From: a bacterium
Lineage (GTDB): Bacteria; Patescibacteriota; Minisyncoccia; Minisyncoccales; CG1-02-41-26
Direction of reading: 5' to 3'
Length of the DNA stretch: 49,822 nucleotides
Assembly (NCBI GenBank): GCA_021158045.1
Contig: JAGGVK010000040.1
Span: forward strand, 1-49,822
In this document: positions 28,717 to 36,737 of the stretch, in pieces
Position numbering within the stretch: the first letter of the stretch is position 1
How the letters are laid out: each line of letters opens with the position of its first letter
The notes under the pieces: model-generated
Told to the model about the DNA's origin: nothing
The model's input: only the letters and a program-made list of their open reading frames with translations
The model's database searches: none
Translations under genes and position numbers: made by a program

Positions 28717-29769
28717 TTACTGTTCGCTAACTCCTCTAATAGCAGTTCCTAAGGCTATGGCTAAAGAGGGGCCTAATTCCTTTAACCGGGGTTTTAGCAA
28801 AGGAGGGTAAGAAACTATAGAAAAAGGATTGATAACCAAAACATTCTTTTTTAGAAAATTTTGCATATATTCTGGCAATCCCGGCAAGAGCGCCATCCCT
28901 CCCGCAATCTTAACATCGTTAATTGTTTTCCCATAGGTTTGATAAAACCTCTCACAAATTGAATCTATTTCTTTGCAAAGGGAATTGAGGCAACCCGATA
29001 TAATTTTAAAAACATCTTCTCTTTCACGGTTGAAACTATATTTTCTTTTAATTTCTTCGGCTTGGGAAATACTAACCCCCAAACCCTTTGCTAAACTTTC
29101 TGTAAGAGTACGAGAAGAAATGTCAAAACTATGGCTCTCTAAAACTTCTTTCGCAACAATATTAACTGTAGTTGTTTGAACTCCCATATCAACCAAACAA
29201 AATGGCACTTCCGATAAAGACGCGGAAACGCGGGCTAAACTAAAAACCTCTGCCTCTAATCCTTGAAGTTTCAAATTAGCCAACATAGAAAGCTTTTGAT
29301 ATTGATAAATGATTTTTTTAGGGACTGCCACCAATAATATTTTAGTTTTTCTTTTGGCTGAAGCGCGCTCTATGCCCTTAACAACTTGCCAATCAAAATC
29401 AACTTCAGATAAAGCAACAGGAATATGATGCTTAGCCTCAAAGGATACTGCCTGAGGAATTTTTGAAGGTGGCATTGGGGGTAAATCAAAAGTAGTGAAA
29501 AAAGTAGAAAAGTCCGGCAGCGAGAAGAAAACTTTCCCGGTTTTAATTTTCGCTCTTTTCAATAAATTTTTCAAGATAGACGAAACATTATTGCTCAAAA
29601 GCGAAAAATCCTTATCCCATAAAACTCCTGTTGAAGAAATGCCAACTGGCAATTGGAAATCTGCGTAATTTAAAAGTTTGTTCTTTTTAAAAAGACGTGA
29701 AACTTCCACAACCTTAATTGAAGAGACACCTATATCAATTCCTAAACATTCTTTAGAAAAAACTCCCAT
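28717..29769 (-). CDS. pilM: Type IV pilus assembly protein PilM (actin-like ATPase fold)
   Basis: 350 aa. CLGIDIGVSSIKVVEV is the phosphate-1 motif. It also has VDMGVQTTTVNIV and IAGGMALLPGL. Confidence 0.85.
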   Translation of the reverse strand: MGVFSKECLGIDIGVSSIKVVEVSRLFKKNKLLNYADFQLPVGISSTGVLWDKDFSLLSNNVSSILKNLLKRAKIKTGKVFFSLPDFSTFFTTFDLPPMPPSKIPQAVSFEAKHHIPVALSEVDFDWQVVKGIERASAKRKTKILLVAVPKKIIYQYQKLSMLANLKLQGLEAEVFSLARVSASLSEVPFCLVDMGVQTTTVNIVAKEVLESHSFDISSRTLTESLAKGLGVSISQAEEIKRKYSFNREREDVFKIISGCLNSLCKEIDSICERFYQTYGKTINDVKIAGGMALLPGLPEYMQNFLKKNVLVINPFSIVSYPPLLKPRLKELGPSLAIALGTAIRGVSEQ

Positions 29770-29855
29770 AAGTTATTTACTGAACATTATTTCTTTTAAT
29801 CCATTATTATTATACAATTTATACAACCAATTTACAAAAATCCGCTTAAACTGCT

Positions 29856-30587
29856 ATGAAAAATTCAACTAAAAAATTTATTAACAAGGTTTTAGACATC
29901 ATTTTCCCAAAATTTTGCGTTATCTGCAAAAGGCAAGATTACTTAGTCTGTCCAGATTGCTTAAGCCTTATAGAAATTATGGAGTATAGATACTGCCCTT
30001 TTTGCCAAAGGAGAGTGATGTCTAAAGAAGGCAAATGCAAATTACATCGTTATCTGAAACTTGACGGCCTCTATTTTGCTGCTTCTTACAATAATATTGT
30101 AGTTAAAACCTTGATAAAGAAATTCAAGTACCAACCTTTTATAAAAGAGCTTTCCAAGCCTCTATCACAATTAATAATAGCACATCTTCACTCCATAGAC
30201 AACAAAATATTTTTGGAAGATAAAGAAAATTCCCTTCTTTTGCCTGTTCCAATCCACAAGTCAAAAAAAAGATGGAGGGGTTTTAACCAAGCAGAAGAAA
30301 TTGCTAAAAATCTCTCCATCTGTTTAGGGCTGCCTCTGAAAGCAAATAATCTCCAAAAAATTAAAAAAACCAAACCTCAAGCCTATCTTAAAAAATCTGA
30401 AAGAATAAAAAATATTAATGGGGTTTTCAAAATAAAAAACCCTCCACAAATTCAAGGAAAGAGAATTTTTTTAGTTGACGATGTTTTTACAACCGGCTCA
30501 ACAATGGAAGAATGCGCTCGCGTCTTAAAAGCAGCCGGAGCAAAGAAGGTATGGGGAATAGCAATTGCCAGAGAATTGTTAAACTAA
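29856..30587 (+). CDS. comFC: ComF family protein (ComFC-type phosphoribosyltransferase)
   Basis: It has N-terminal Cys pairs (CVICKR...CPDC...CPFCQ) and a C-terminal PRT motif RIFLVDDVFTTGSTMEE. Confidence 0.85.
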   Translation: MKNSTKKFINKVLDIIFPKFCVICKRQDYLVCPDCLSLIEIMEYRYCPFCQRRVMSKEGKCKLHRYLKLDGLYFAASYNNIVVKTLIKKFKYQPFIKELSKPLSQLIIAHLHSIDNKIFLEDKENSLLLPVPIHKSKKRWRGFNQAEEIAKNLSICLGLPLKANNLQKIKKTKPQAYLKKSERIKNINGVFKIKNPPQIQGKRIFLVDDVFTTGSTMEECARVLKAAGAKKVWGIAIARELLN

Positions 30588-30633
30588 TTCCATACAAAAA
30601 CACATCTCCTAAAAACTTTATCTAAATTCGTTG

Positions 30634-30720
30634 CGGAGGAGGCGGGAATCGAACCCACAAGCGGCTTTTTACACCGCTAAGGATTAGCAATCCTCTGCCG
30701 TACCATTGGGCCACTCCTCC
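30634..30720 (-). tRNA. tRNA-Ser (anticodon GCU)
   Basis: Acceptor GGAGGAG/CTCCTCC, anticodon loop TTGCTAA, long variable arm (AGCGGTGTAAAAAGCCGCT), T-arm GTGGG-TTCGATT-CCCGC. No CCA. Confidence 0.85.
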
Positions 30721-30913
30721 GAAACCAAAATTATTCTAACATTAAAAATGCGTTAATTCAACCCGAATACATCAAAATAACAAGTACTAATTTGAAACCT
30801 CAACTCCTCCTACAGGCTTGATTTCAAATTATAAGTTGAAAGCAAAAACAATTCTTTTTCTCCTAAATTCCTTCGTTGAAAATACGCTTAATTCGTGGTA
30901 CTGTTGAATATCT

Positions 30914-30985
30914 GCCCCTATAGCTTAACGGATAGAGCACAACCCTGCGGAGGTTGGAATGGAGGTTCAATTCCTCCTAGGGGCA
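30914..30985 (+). tRNA. tRNA-Arg (anticodon GCG)
   Basis: Acceptor GCCCCTA/TAGGGGC, D-arm GCTT-AACGGATA-GAGC, anticodon stem CAACC/GGTTG with loop CTGCGGA, T-arm GGAGG-TTCAATT-CCTCC. No CCA. Confidence 0.8.
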
Positions 30986-30993
30986 CTATTATT

Positions 30994-33252
30994 ATGAATT
31001 TAGAAACACCAATAAAAGAAATACCAAAAATCGGGCCTTTTTTTCTTAGAAAACTCCAAAGAATGGGTATTAGAAAAGTAAAGGATATTCTTTTTCATTT
31101 TCCACACCGCTATGAAAATTTCTCAAATATAGGACCCATATCAAAAATACAACTTAATCAGACTTGTTGCGTTTTAGGGAAAATTTTAGAGATAAGAAAT
31201 TCCAGAACTTGGAAGAAAAAAATGCTGCTCACCCAAGCCCTTATTGAAGATAAAAGCGGAGCTATAAAAGCAGTTTGGTTTAACCAACCATACTTAAACA
31301 AGGTGCTCAAAAAAGGAGACAATGTATGTTTTGCTGGAAAAGTAAGCTTAGAAAAAGATGGGCTTTATCTGTCAAACCCAGCGTATGAAAAAATAACAAG
31401 CCCTCAAGATTTAAGCAATCTCACGCATACAGGCAGAATTGTTCCAGTATATCCAGAAACAGAAGGTTTGTCCTCCCGCTGGTTCAGATATATTCTCAAG
31501 CCCTTGCTTTTAACCTTTAAAAACAAAATTCCCGAAACGCTTCCACAACACATAATAGATAAATTTAATCTTCTGCCAATAGAGCAGGCAATTTGGCAAA
31601 TACACTTTCCTGACTCCTTAAAGTTAGCTGAAAAAGCGAGAAACCGCTTTTCTTTTGAAGAATTATTTTTAATAGAACTTTTTGTCCTAAGAGAAAGGCT
31701 AAGACTAAGGAAAGAGAAAGCAATTTCCATTCCTCCAAATATTGAAATTACTAGAGAATTCGTCAAATCACTCCCCTTCAAATTAACTAATGCTCAGAGA
31801 AAAGCAGCCTGGCAAATTCTAAAAGATTTAGAAAAAACTAACCCAATGTCTCGGCTTCTTGAAGGAGATGTGGGCTCAGGGAAAACCGTAGTCAGCATTA
31901 TAGCGGCTTTAAATGTGGTAAAAGCCGGCTATCAAGTGGCTTTTATGGCTCCAACTGAAATCTTAGCCAAGCAACATTTTAAAGAAGTTTCAAAACTTCT
32001 AAAGAACTTCAATGTAAAAATTGCGCTTCTAACAGGCAAGGAAGACAAAATCATCTCCCAAAAATTATTTCGTTCAACAAGCAAAGGCCCAATCCCTGAA
32101 ATTTTGGAAATATCAAGAAACAAACTTTTAGATAAGGTGAGAGGGAAAATTAACCCTCAAACAAAAAAATTTAATGTGGGAGTAGACATTTTAATTGGCA
32201 CTCATTCTCTGATACAAAACAAAGTAAAGTTTGGCAAATTGGCTCTGTGCGTTGTTGATGAACAGCACCGATTTGGAGTAGAACAACGAGCGAAGTTAAC
32301 CACTAAGAGCAATTCCTATGTTTCTCAAGACAAGGAGATTCGCAAAATTCCCCACTTTCTCTCAATGACTGCCACTCCTATTCCACGAACTTTGGCTTTA
32401 ACTATTTACGGAGACTTAGACATATCAATTTTAGATGAAATGCCAAAAGGAAGAAAGAAAATTGCCACTAAAATTATACTGCCTCAAGAACGAAAAAAAA
32501 TCTATAAATTTATAAAAGAGAGGGTAAAAAGAAAAGAACAAGTTTTTGTAATTTGTCCACGGATAGAAAGCCCAAAGCCAGAACCTGAAAATTCAAAGAC
32601 GCAGGGCAAAACTGATTTGCCAAACACTGAACCTCAAGCATCAAACAATGTCACAAGCTGGGCAGAAGTAAAAGCAGTAAAAGAAGAATACAAGAAATTT
32701 TCAAAAGAAATTTTTCCTGATTTAAAAATTGCTATGCTCCATGGCAAAATGACACCGAAAGAAAAGGAAAAAACGATGGAGGAATTTAAAAGAGGCAAAA
32801 TAGACATCCTAATATCAACTTCAGTGGTAGAGGTTGGCATTGACGTCCCTAAAGCCACAGTAATGGTGATTGAGGGAGCAGAAAGATTTGGGTTGGCTCA
32901 ACTTTATCAACTCCGGGGAAGAGTTGGCAGGTCAAACTTGCAATCTTACTGTCTCCTATTTACCGATTCTAAAACTGGAAAAACAAAACAAAGATTGAAA
33001 GCTATCTTAAAAGCCAAAAATGGATTTGAATTAGCCCAAAAAGATTTAGAAATCCGCGGTCCGGGAAGCTTATATGGCGTCAAACAATGGGGCATACCAG
33101 ATTTAGCAATGGAAAACTTAAAGAACCTTCCCTTAGTTGAAAAAACAAGAGAAATTGCAAATGAACTTTTAGAGAAAGACCCTGATTTACAAAACTATCC
33201 TCTCTTGAAAAAAAGATTAGAAGGATTTGAAAAAAGAATCCATTTAGAATAA
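30994..33252 (+). CDS. recG: ATP-dependent DNA helicase RecG
   Basis: It has a wedge/OB N-terminus, helicase motifs (LEGDVGSGKT, VVDEQHRFG, MTATPIPRT) and a C-terminal QLRGRVGRS. The start is moved to ATG 30994 (MNLETPIKE), because the track ORF start at 30895 would run through the tRNA. Confidence 0.9.
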   Translation: MNLETPIKEIPKIGPFFLRKLQRMGIRKVKDILFHFPHRYENFSNIGPISKIQLNQTCCVLGKILEIRNSRTWKKKMLLTQALIEDKSGAIKAVWFNQPYLNKVLKKGDNVCFAGKVSLEKDGLYLSNPAYEKITSPQDLSNLTHTGRIVPVYPETEGLSSRWFRYILKPLLLTFKNKIPETLPQHIIDKFNLLPIEQAIWQIHFPDSLKLAEKARNRFSFEELFLIELFVLRERLRLRKEKAISIPPNIEITREFVKSLPFKLTNAQRKAAWQILKDLEKTNPMSRLLEGDVGSGKTVVSIIAALNVVKAGYQVAFMAPTEILAKQHFKEVSKLLKNFNVKIALLTGKEDKIISQKLFRSTSKGPIPEILEISRNKLLDKVRGKINPQTKKFNVGVDILIGTHSLIQNKVKFGKLALCVVDEQHRFGVEQRAKLTTKSNSYVSQDKEIRKIPHFLSMTATPIPRTLALTIYGDLDISILDEMPKGRKKIATKIILPQERKKIYKFIKERVKRKEQVFVICPRIESPKPEPENSKTQGKTDLPNTEPQASNNVTSWAEVKAVKEEYKKFSKEIFPDLKIAMLHGKMTPKEKEKTMEEFKRGKIDILISTSVVEVGIDVPKATVMVIEGAERFGLAQLYQLRGRVGRSNLQSYCLLFTDSKTGKTKQRLKAILKAKNGFELAQKDLEIRGPGSLYGVKQWGIPDLAMENLKNLPLVEKTREIANELLEKDPDLQNYPLLKKRLEGFEKRIHLE

Positions 33253-33294
33253 TATAAATAAATCAACTTGGTAAAAAGGCAAAAATAAAAAAAT

Positions 33295-34518
33295 ATGCAT
33301 TATAGTGAGATATTAATTTACGTCGGCATCTTTTTTAGCCTCTATCTTGCAAATTTTATCTTTTTAACATTTCTTGAAAACAAAGAGAGGGTTTTTGAGT
33401 CTAAAAAAATAAAAAACTTCCCTTTGGTCTCATTAATTATCCCTTGTTACAACGAAGCAAAAAATATTGAAAGAGTTCTTCGTTCCTTACTAAACTTAGA
33501 TTATCCTAAAAACAAACTGGAAATTATCGTTGTTGACGATGGAAGCAAAGACGAAACTTTTGCAAAAGCGGCAAAAATAGCAAAAGAGAGTAAAATCATT
33601 AAAGTTTTCCAAAAGAAAAATGGCGGCAAATATACTGCCTTAAACTATGGGTTAAAAAGAGCACAGGGAAGATTTATTGGGAGCATTGACGCTGATTGCT
33701 ATGTTGAAAAAACTGCCCTTAAGAAAGCGCTTGGTTATTTCAAAGACCCAAAAACAATGGTTGTAACTTCCACTATCAAAATAGCAAAACCAAATACTGT
33801 TCTGGAAGGCGTGCAATATGTTGAATTCTTAATAGCGGCTTTCCTAAGGAAAATTTTTTCCTTTTTGGACAGCGTTACTGTTACTCCGGGTCCCCTCTCC
33901 ATTTTCAGAAAAGAGGTTTTTGAAACCTTAGGCCCTTATAAAAAAGGCCATCAAGCCGAGGATTTAGAAATGGCTTTCAGATTGCAAAATGCTAATTTCA
34001 AAATTGCCCATGCCGTTGAGGCAATAGTTTACACTTTCGGAGAACCAAAATTAAAAGGGTTGTTTTTGCAAAGGTTAAGGTGGAGAAGAGGATTTTTGTT
34101 AAATTTAGGAGATTACCCCCAACTTTTAGATTTTAGGAAACATGGAAATTTGTCTTTCTTGTTTTTCTGTAACATCTTCGGGGCTTTTCTTTCCATCTCC
34201 CTTGTTAGCTACGCCCTTTTCAAACTCTTAGCTTCTTTCTTAGAAAAAACCCAACAGTTTCTTGTTGCAGGATTTAATTTCTCCTTCCCTAATCTCAGCT
34301 GGTTTTCTCTCAACACGAAACCAACTTTTATTTTAGGAATTTTATCCTTAACCGTTTTTCTGATATATCTAATGCTGGGGAAAATTTTAACTTGCGACAA
34401 ATCAAAATTGAAAGGAAAAACTATTTCCTATCTTGTAATATATGCTTTTCTAAATGCTTCTTGGTGGGTTTCCGCTTTCGCTTCTATTCTCTTCAAAAAA
34501 GAACTTAAGTGGAAGTAA
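33295..34518 (+). CDS. Family 2 glycosyltransferase, processive (cellulose/chitin/PNAG-synthase-like)
   Basis: It has IIPCYNEAKNI, VVDDGSKDET, GSIDADCY and the QRLRWRRG (Q-x-x-R-W) motif, with flanking TM segments. Confidence 0.85.
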   Translation: MHYSEILIYVGIFFSLYLANFIFLTFLENKERVFESKKIKNFPLVSLIIPCYNEAKNIERVLRSLLNLDYPKNKLEIIVVDDGSKDETFAKAAKIAKESKIIKVFQKKNGGKYTALNYGLKRAQGRFIGSIDADCYVEKTALKKALGYFKDPKTMVVTSTIKIAKPNTVLEGVQYVEFLIAAFLRKIFSFLDSVTVTPGPLSIFRKEVFETLGPYKKGHQAEDLEMAFRLQNANFKIAHAVEAIVYTFGEPKLKGLFLQRLRWRRGFLLNLGDYPQLLDFRKHGNLSFLFFCNIFGAFLSISLVSYALFKLLASFLEKTQQFLVAGFNFSFPNLSWFSLNTKPTFILGILSLTVFLIYLMLGKILTCDKSKLKGKTISYLVIYAFLNASWWVSAFASILFKKELKWK

Positions 34519-34525
34519 ATTTGCT

Positions 34526-35251
34526 ATGAATAATAAAAAAATCAACATTAAAAAGCACCTTTCGGTCTTTTTTCTTACCTCTCTAATCTTTGCCAGCGGA
34601 TTTTTTCTAAGCGACTTTCTCAGCAAAAAACAACTAACAAAATTAAATATCCTTCAACAATCTTTAAGGATTGATATTCTTTCTTTAGAAACGCAATTTT
34701 CAATATTAACCCAAGCACCGTGTGAAAATTTAAATGAATCAACTTTAACCAAAGAACTTTATGACATTTCCCAAAAATTAACTTCTGTTGAAAACAATTT
34801 AGGCAGAGACAATCCTTATTTTTTACAATTAAAAAAATACTACTCAATTTTAGAGCTCAAACATTGGCTATTAATAAAAAGGGCTTCAAAAAACTGCAAA
34901 TTAAATCTTAGTTTTATAATTTATTTCTACGCAGATAAAAAAAATTGCCCCAATTGCCAGTCCCAAGGGCTTATCCTAAGTTATTTCAGAAAAAAATATC
35001 CCTTCTTAAGAATTTATTCCTTTGATTGGAACCTCGAGCTCTCCGCCTTACAAACTCTTAAATCAGTTTACAACTTAAAAGAGCAGTTTCCGATTTTAAT
35101 TGTCAACGACAAAGTTCTTTACGGCTTCAAAAACAAAGAGAACTTGGAAAAAATTCTTGAAAAATACACAAATCTTCAATTGTTAGAAGAAGCCACTTCC
35201 ACTAAAGCCACTTCTACAGAAACAACTTCAAGTGAAAACAAAATAAAATAA
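34526..35251 (+). CDS. Membrane-anchored hypothetical protein with a thioredoxin-like CxxC segment and Ser/Thr-rich tail
   Basis: The start is moved to ATG 34526 (MNNKKINIKKHLSVFFLTSLIF). It has FIIYFYADKKNCPNCQSQ...FPILIVNDKVLYGF and a tail EEATSTKATSTETTSS. The fold assignment is tentative. Confidence 0.45.
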   Translation: MNNKKINIKKHLSVFFLTSLIFASGFFLSDFLSKKQLTKLNILQQSLRIDILSLETQFSILTQAPCENLNESTLTKELYDISQKLTSVENNLGRDNPYFLQLKKYYSILELKHWLLIKRASKNCKLNLSFIIYFYADKKNCPNCQSQGLILSYFRKKYPFLRIYSFDWNLELSALQTLKSVYNLKEQFPILIVNDKVLYGFKNKENLEKILEKYTNLQLLEEATSTKATSTETTSSENKIK

Positions 35252-35312
35252 AAAATTGGCGCTATAGAAGCTAAGCCTTTGTTGGTTAAGTTGTTCTCTC
35301 CCAAATTTGCTG

Positions 35313-35384
35313 CGACCCCGAGGGGAGTCGAACCCCTGTTACCAGATTGAAAGCCTGGTGTCCTGGCCACTAGACGACAGGGTC
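35313..35384 (-). tRNA. tRNA-Glu (anticodon UUC)
   Basis: Acceptor GACCCTG/CGGGGTC, anticodon stem CCAGG/TCTGG with loop CTTTCAA, T-arm AGGGG-TTCGACT-CCCCT. No CCA. Confidence 0.85.
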
Positions 35385-35404
35385 ATCATTCAATGTGGCG
35401 GCAA

Positions 35405-35441
35405 AAAGCCTAGTGCCCAAGCAACTAGATTGATAGAGCAA
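35405..35441 (-). other. Degenerate copy of the 5' half of tRNA-Glu (relic)
   Basis: AAAGCCTAGTGCCCAAGCAACTAGATTGATAGAGCAA aligns to 35350-35385 of the intact gene (AAAGCCTGGTGTCCTGGCCACTAGACGACAGGGTCA) at roughly 70-75% identity by eye. Confidence 0.35.
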
Positions 35442-35556
35442 CAATAATAATTCACCAAAAACAACCTCATAGAAAGCCTATTGTAAACTACTGATAGAGA
35501 AACTATAAAATTTTAATAAATATATCATAGTAAAAAATTAGAGAATTACAAGATAT

Positions 35557-36726
35557 ATGATTATATTAGCAATTGATACCTCCTGCGACGATACTTCAAT
35601 TAGCATAATAGAAGAAAAAAACAACAATCCTAAAATTCTTTCAAACATTGTGTCTTCCCAAGTAAAATTACACGCCCTATATGGAGGAGTATACCCAAGT
35701 TTAGCAAAAAGGGAACATCAGCGCAACCTTAGCATAGTATTGGAAAAATCTCTATCAAAAGCAGGATTGCTAAAATTGAAAACTAAAAAAACAAAAAAAA
35801 CTTCAGAAAACAAAACACCCACTCATTTTCCTTCAGCAGAATTTTTAGATAAATACAAAAAGCCAAAAATTGGCTTGATTGCAGTAACAATTGGACCAGG
35901 ATTGGAGCCGTGTTTATGGCAAGGAATAAATTTTGCTATTTTGCTCGCAAAGGAATTAAAAGTTAAAATAGTGCCTGTAAACCATATTGAAGGGCATATA
36001 CTTGCCAATTTGCTGCTACCGGTTGGCAAAAATCCCAACCTCCAAACATCAACAACCAAAAAAATCGTATTTCCGGCAATTTGTTTAGTGGTATCTGGAG
36101 GGCACACTCAGTTAATTTTAATGAAAAACATTGGGAAATATAAAATTATAGGCGAGACAAGAGACGATGCAGCAGGCGAATGCTTTGATAAAACAGCAAG
36201 AATCTTAGGGCTTCCCTATCCCGGGGGGCCGGCAATAGCTGCTGAAGCAGCTAAATTTTCAATCTCCAATTCCCAATTCTCAATTAAGCTGCCCAGGCCA
36301 ATGGCTAACTCAAGGAATTATGATTTCTCTTTTTCCGGATTAAAAACCGCAGTTTTGTATGACTTCAAAAAAAGACCAAAAGAGGTGAGGGCTTCAAAAA
36401 GATATGTCCAAGAAATGGCAAAAGAAATCCAGCAAGCAATTATAGATGTGCTTATTAAAAAAACATTAAAGGCTGCTATGAACTTCAACGCCAAAAGCGT
36501 TATACTAGGGGGAGGAGTAGCAGCCAATAAGGAATTAAGAAAGCAGTTAAGGGAGAAAATTAAAACCGAATTGCCAAATGTTAAACTTTTTATACCTGAG
36601 CCAAAATTGTGCACTGATAACGCAGCAATGATTGCTCAAGCCGCCTATTTCCATAGAAAAAGCGCAACAGATAGATGGAAAAAAATTAGAGCAAAGGCAA
36701 GGCTAAAAATAAAAAACGTGGATTAG
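35557..36726 (+). CDS. tsaD: tRNA N6-adenosine threonylcarbamoyltransferase TsaD (Kae1/Qri7 family)
   Basis: It has ILAIDTSCDDTS, NHIEGH, VSGGHTQL, DDAAGECFDK and GGGVAAN. There is a Lys-rich insertion (KLKTKKTKKTSENKTPTHF...). Confidence 0.9.
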   Translation: MIILAIDTSCDDTSISIIEEKNNNPKILSNIVSSQVKLHALYGGVYPSLAKREHQRNLSIVLEKSLSKAGLLKLKTKKTKKTSENKTPTHFPSAEFLDKYKKPKIGLIAVTIGPGLEPCLWQGINFAILLAKELKVKIVPVNHIEGHILANLLLPVGKNPNLQTSTTKKIVFPAICLVVSGGHTQLILMKNIGKYKIIGETRDDAAGECFDKTARILGLPYPGGPAIAAEAAKFSISNSQFSIKLPRPMANSRNYDFSFSGLKTAVLYDFKKRPKEVRASKRYVQEMAKEIQQAIIDVLIKKTLKAAMNFNAKSVILGGGVAANKELRKQLREKIKTELPNVKLFIPEPKLCTDNAAMIAQAAYFHRKSATDRWKKIRAKARLKIKNVD

Positions 36727-36737
36727 AATAATAAATT

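Noticed and set aside
30634-30985. tRNA-Ser / tRNA-Arg pair and the tRNA-Glu relic considered as borders of an integrated element
   Set aside because: There is no integrase, excisionase or phage/plasmid gene nearby, no duplicated tRNA 3' segment, and the flanking genes (comFC, recG, GT2, tsaD) are ordinary core genes.
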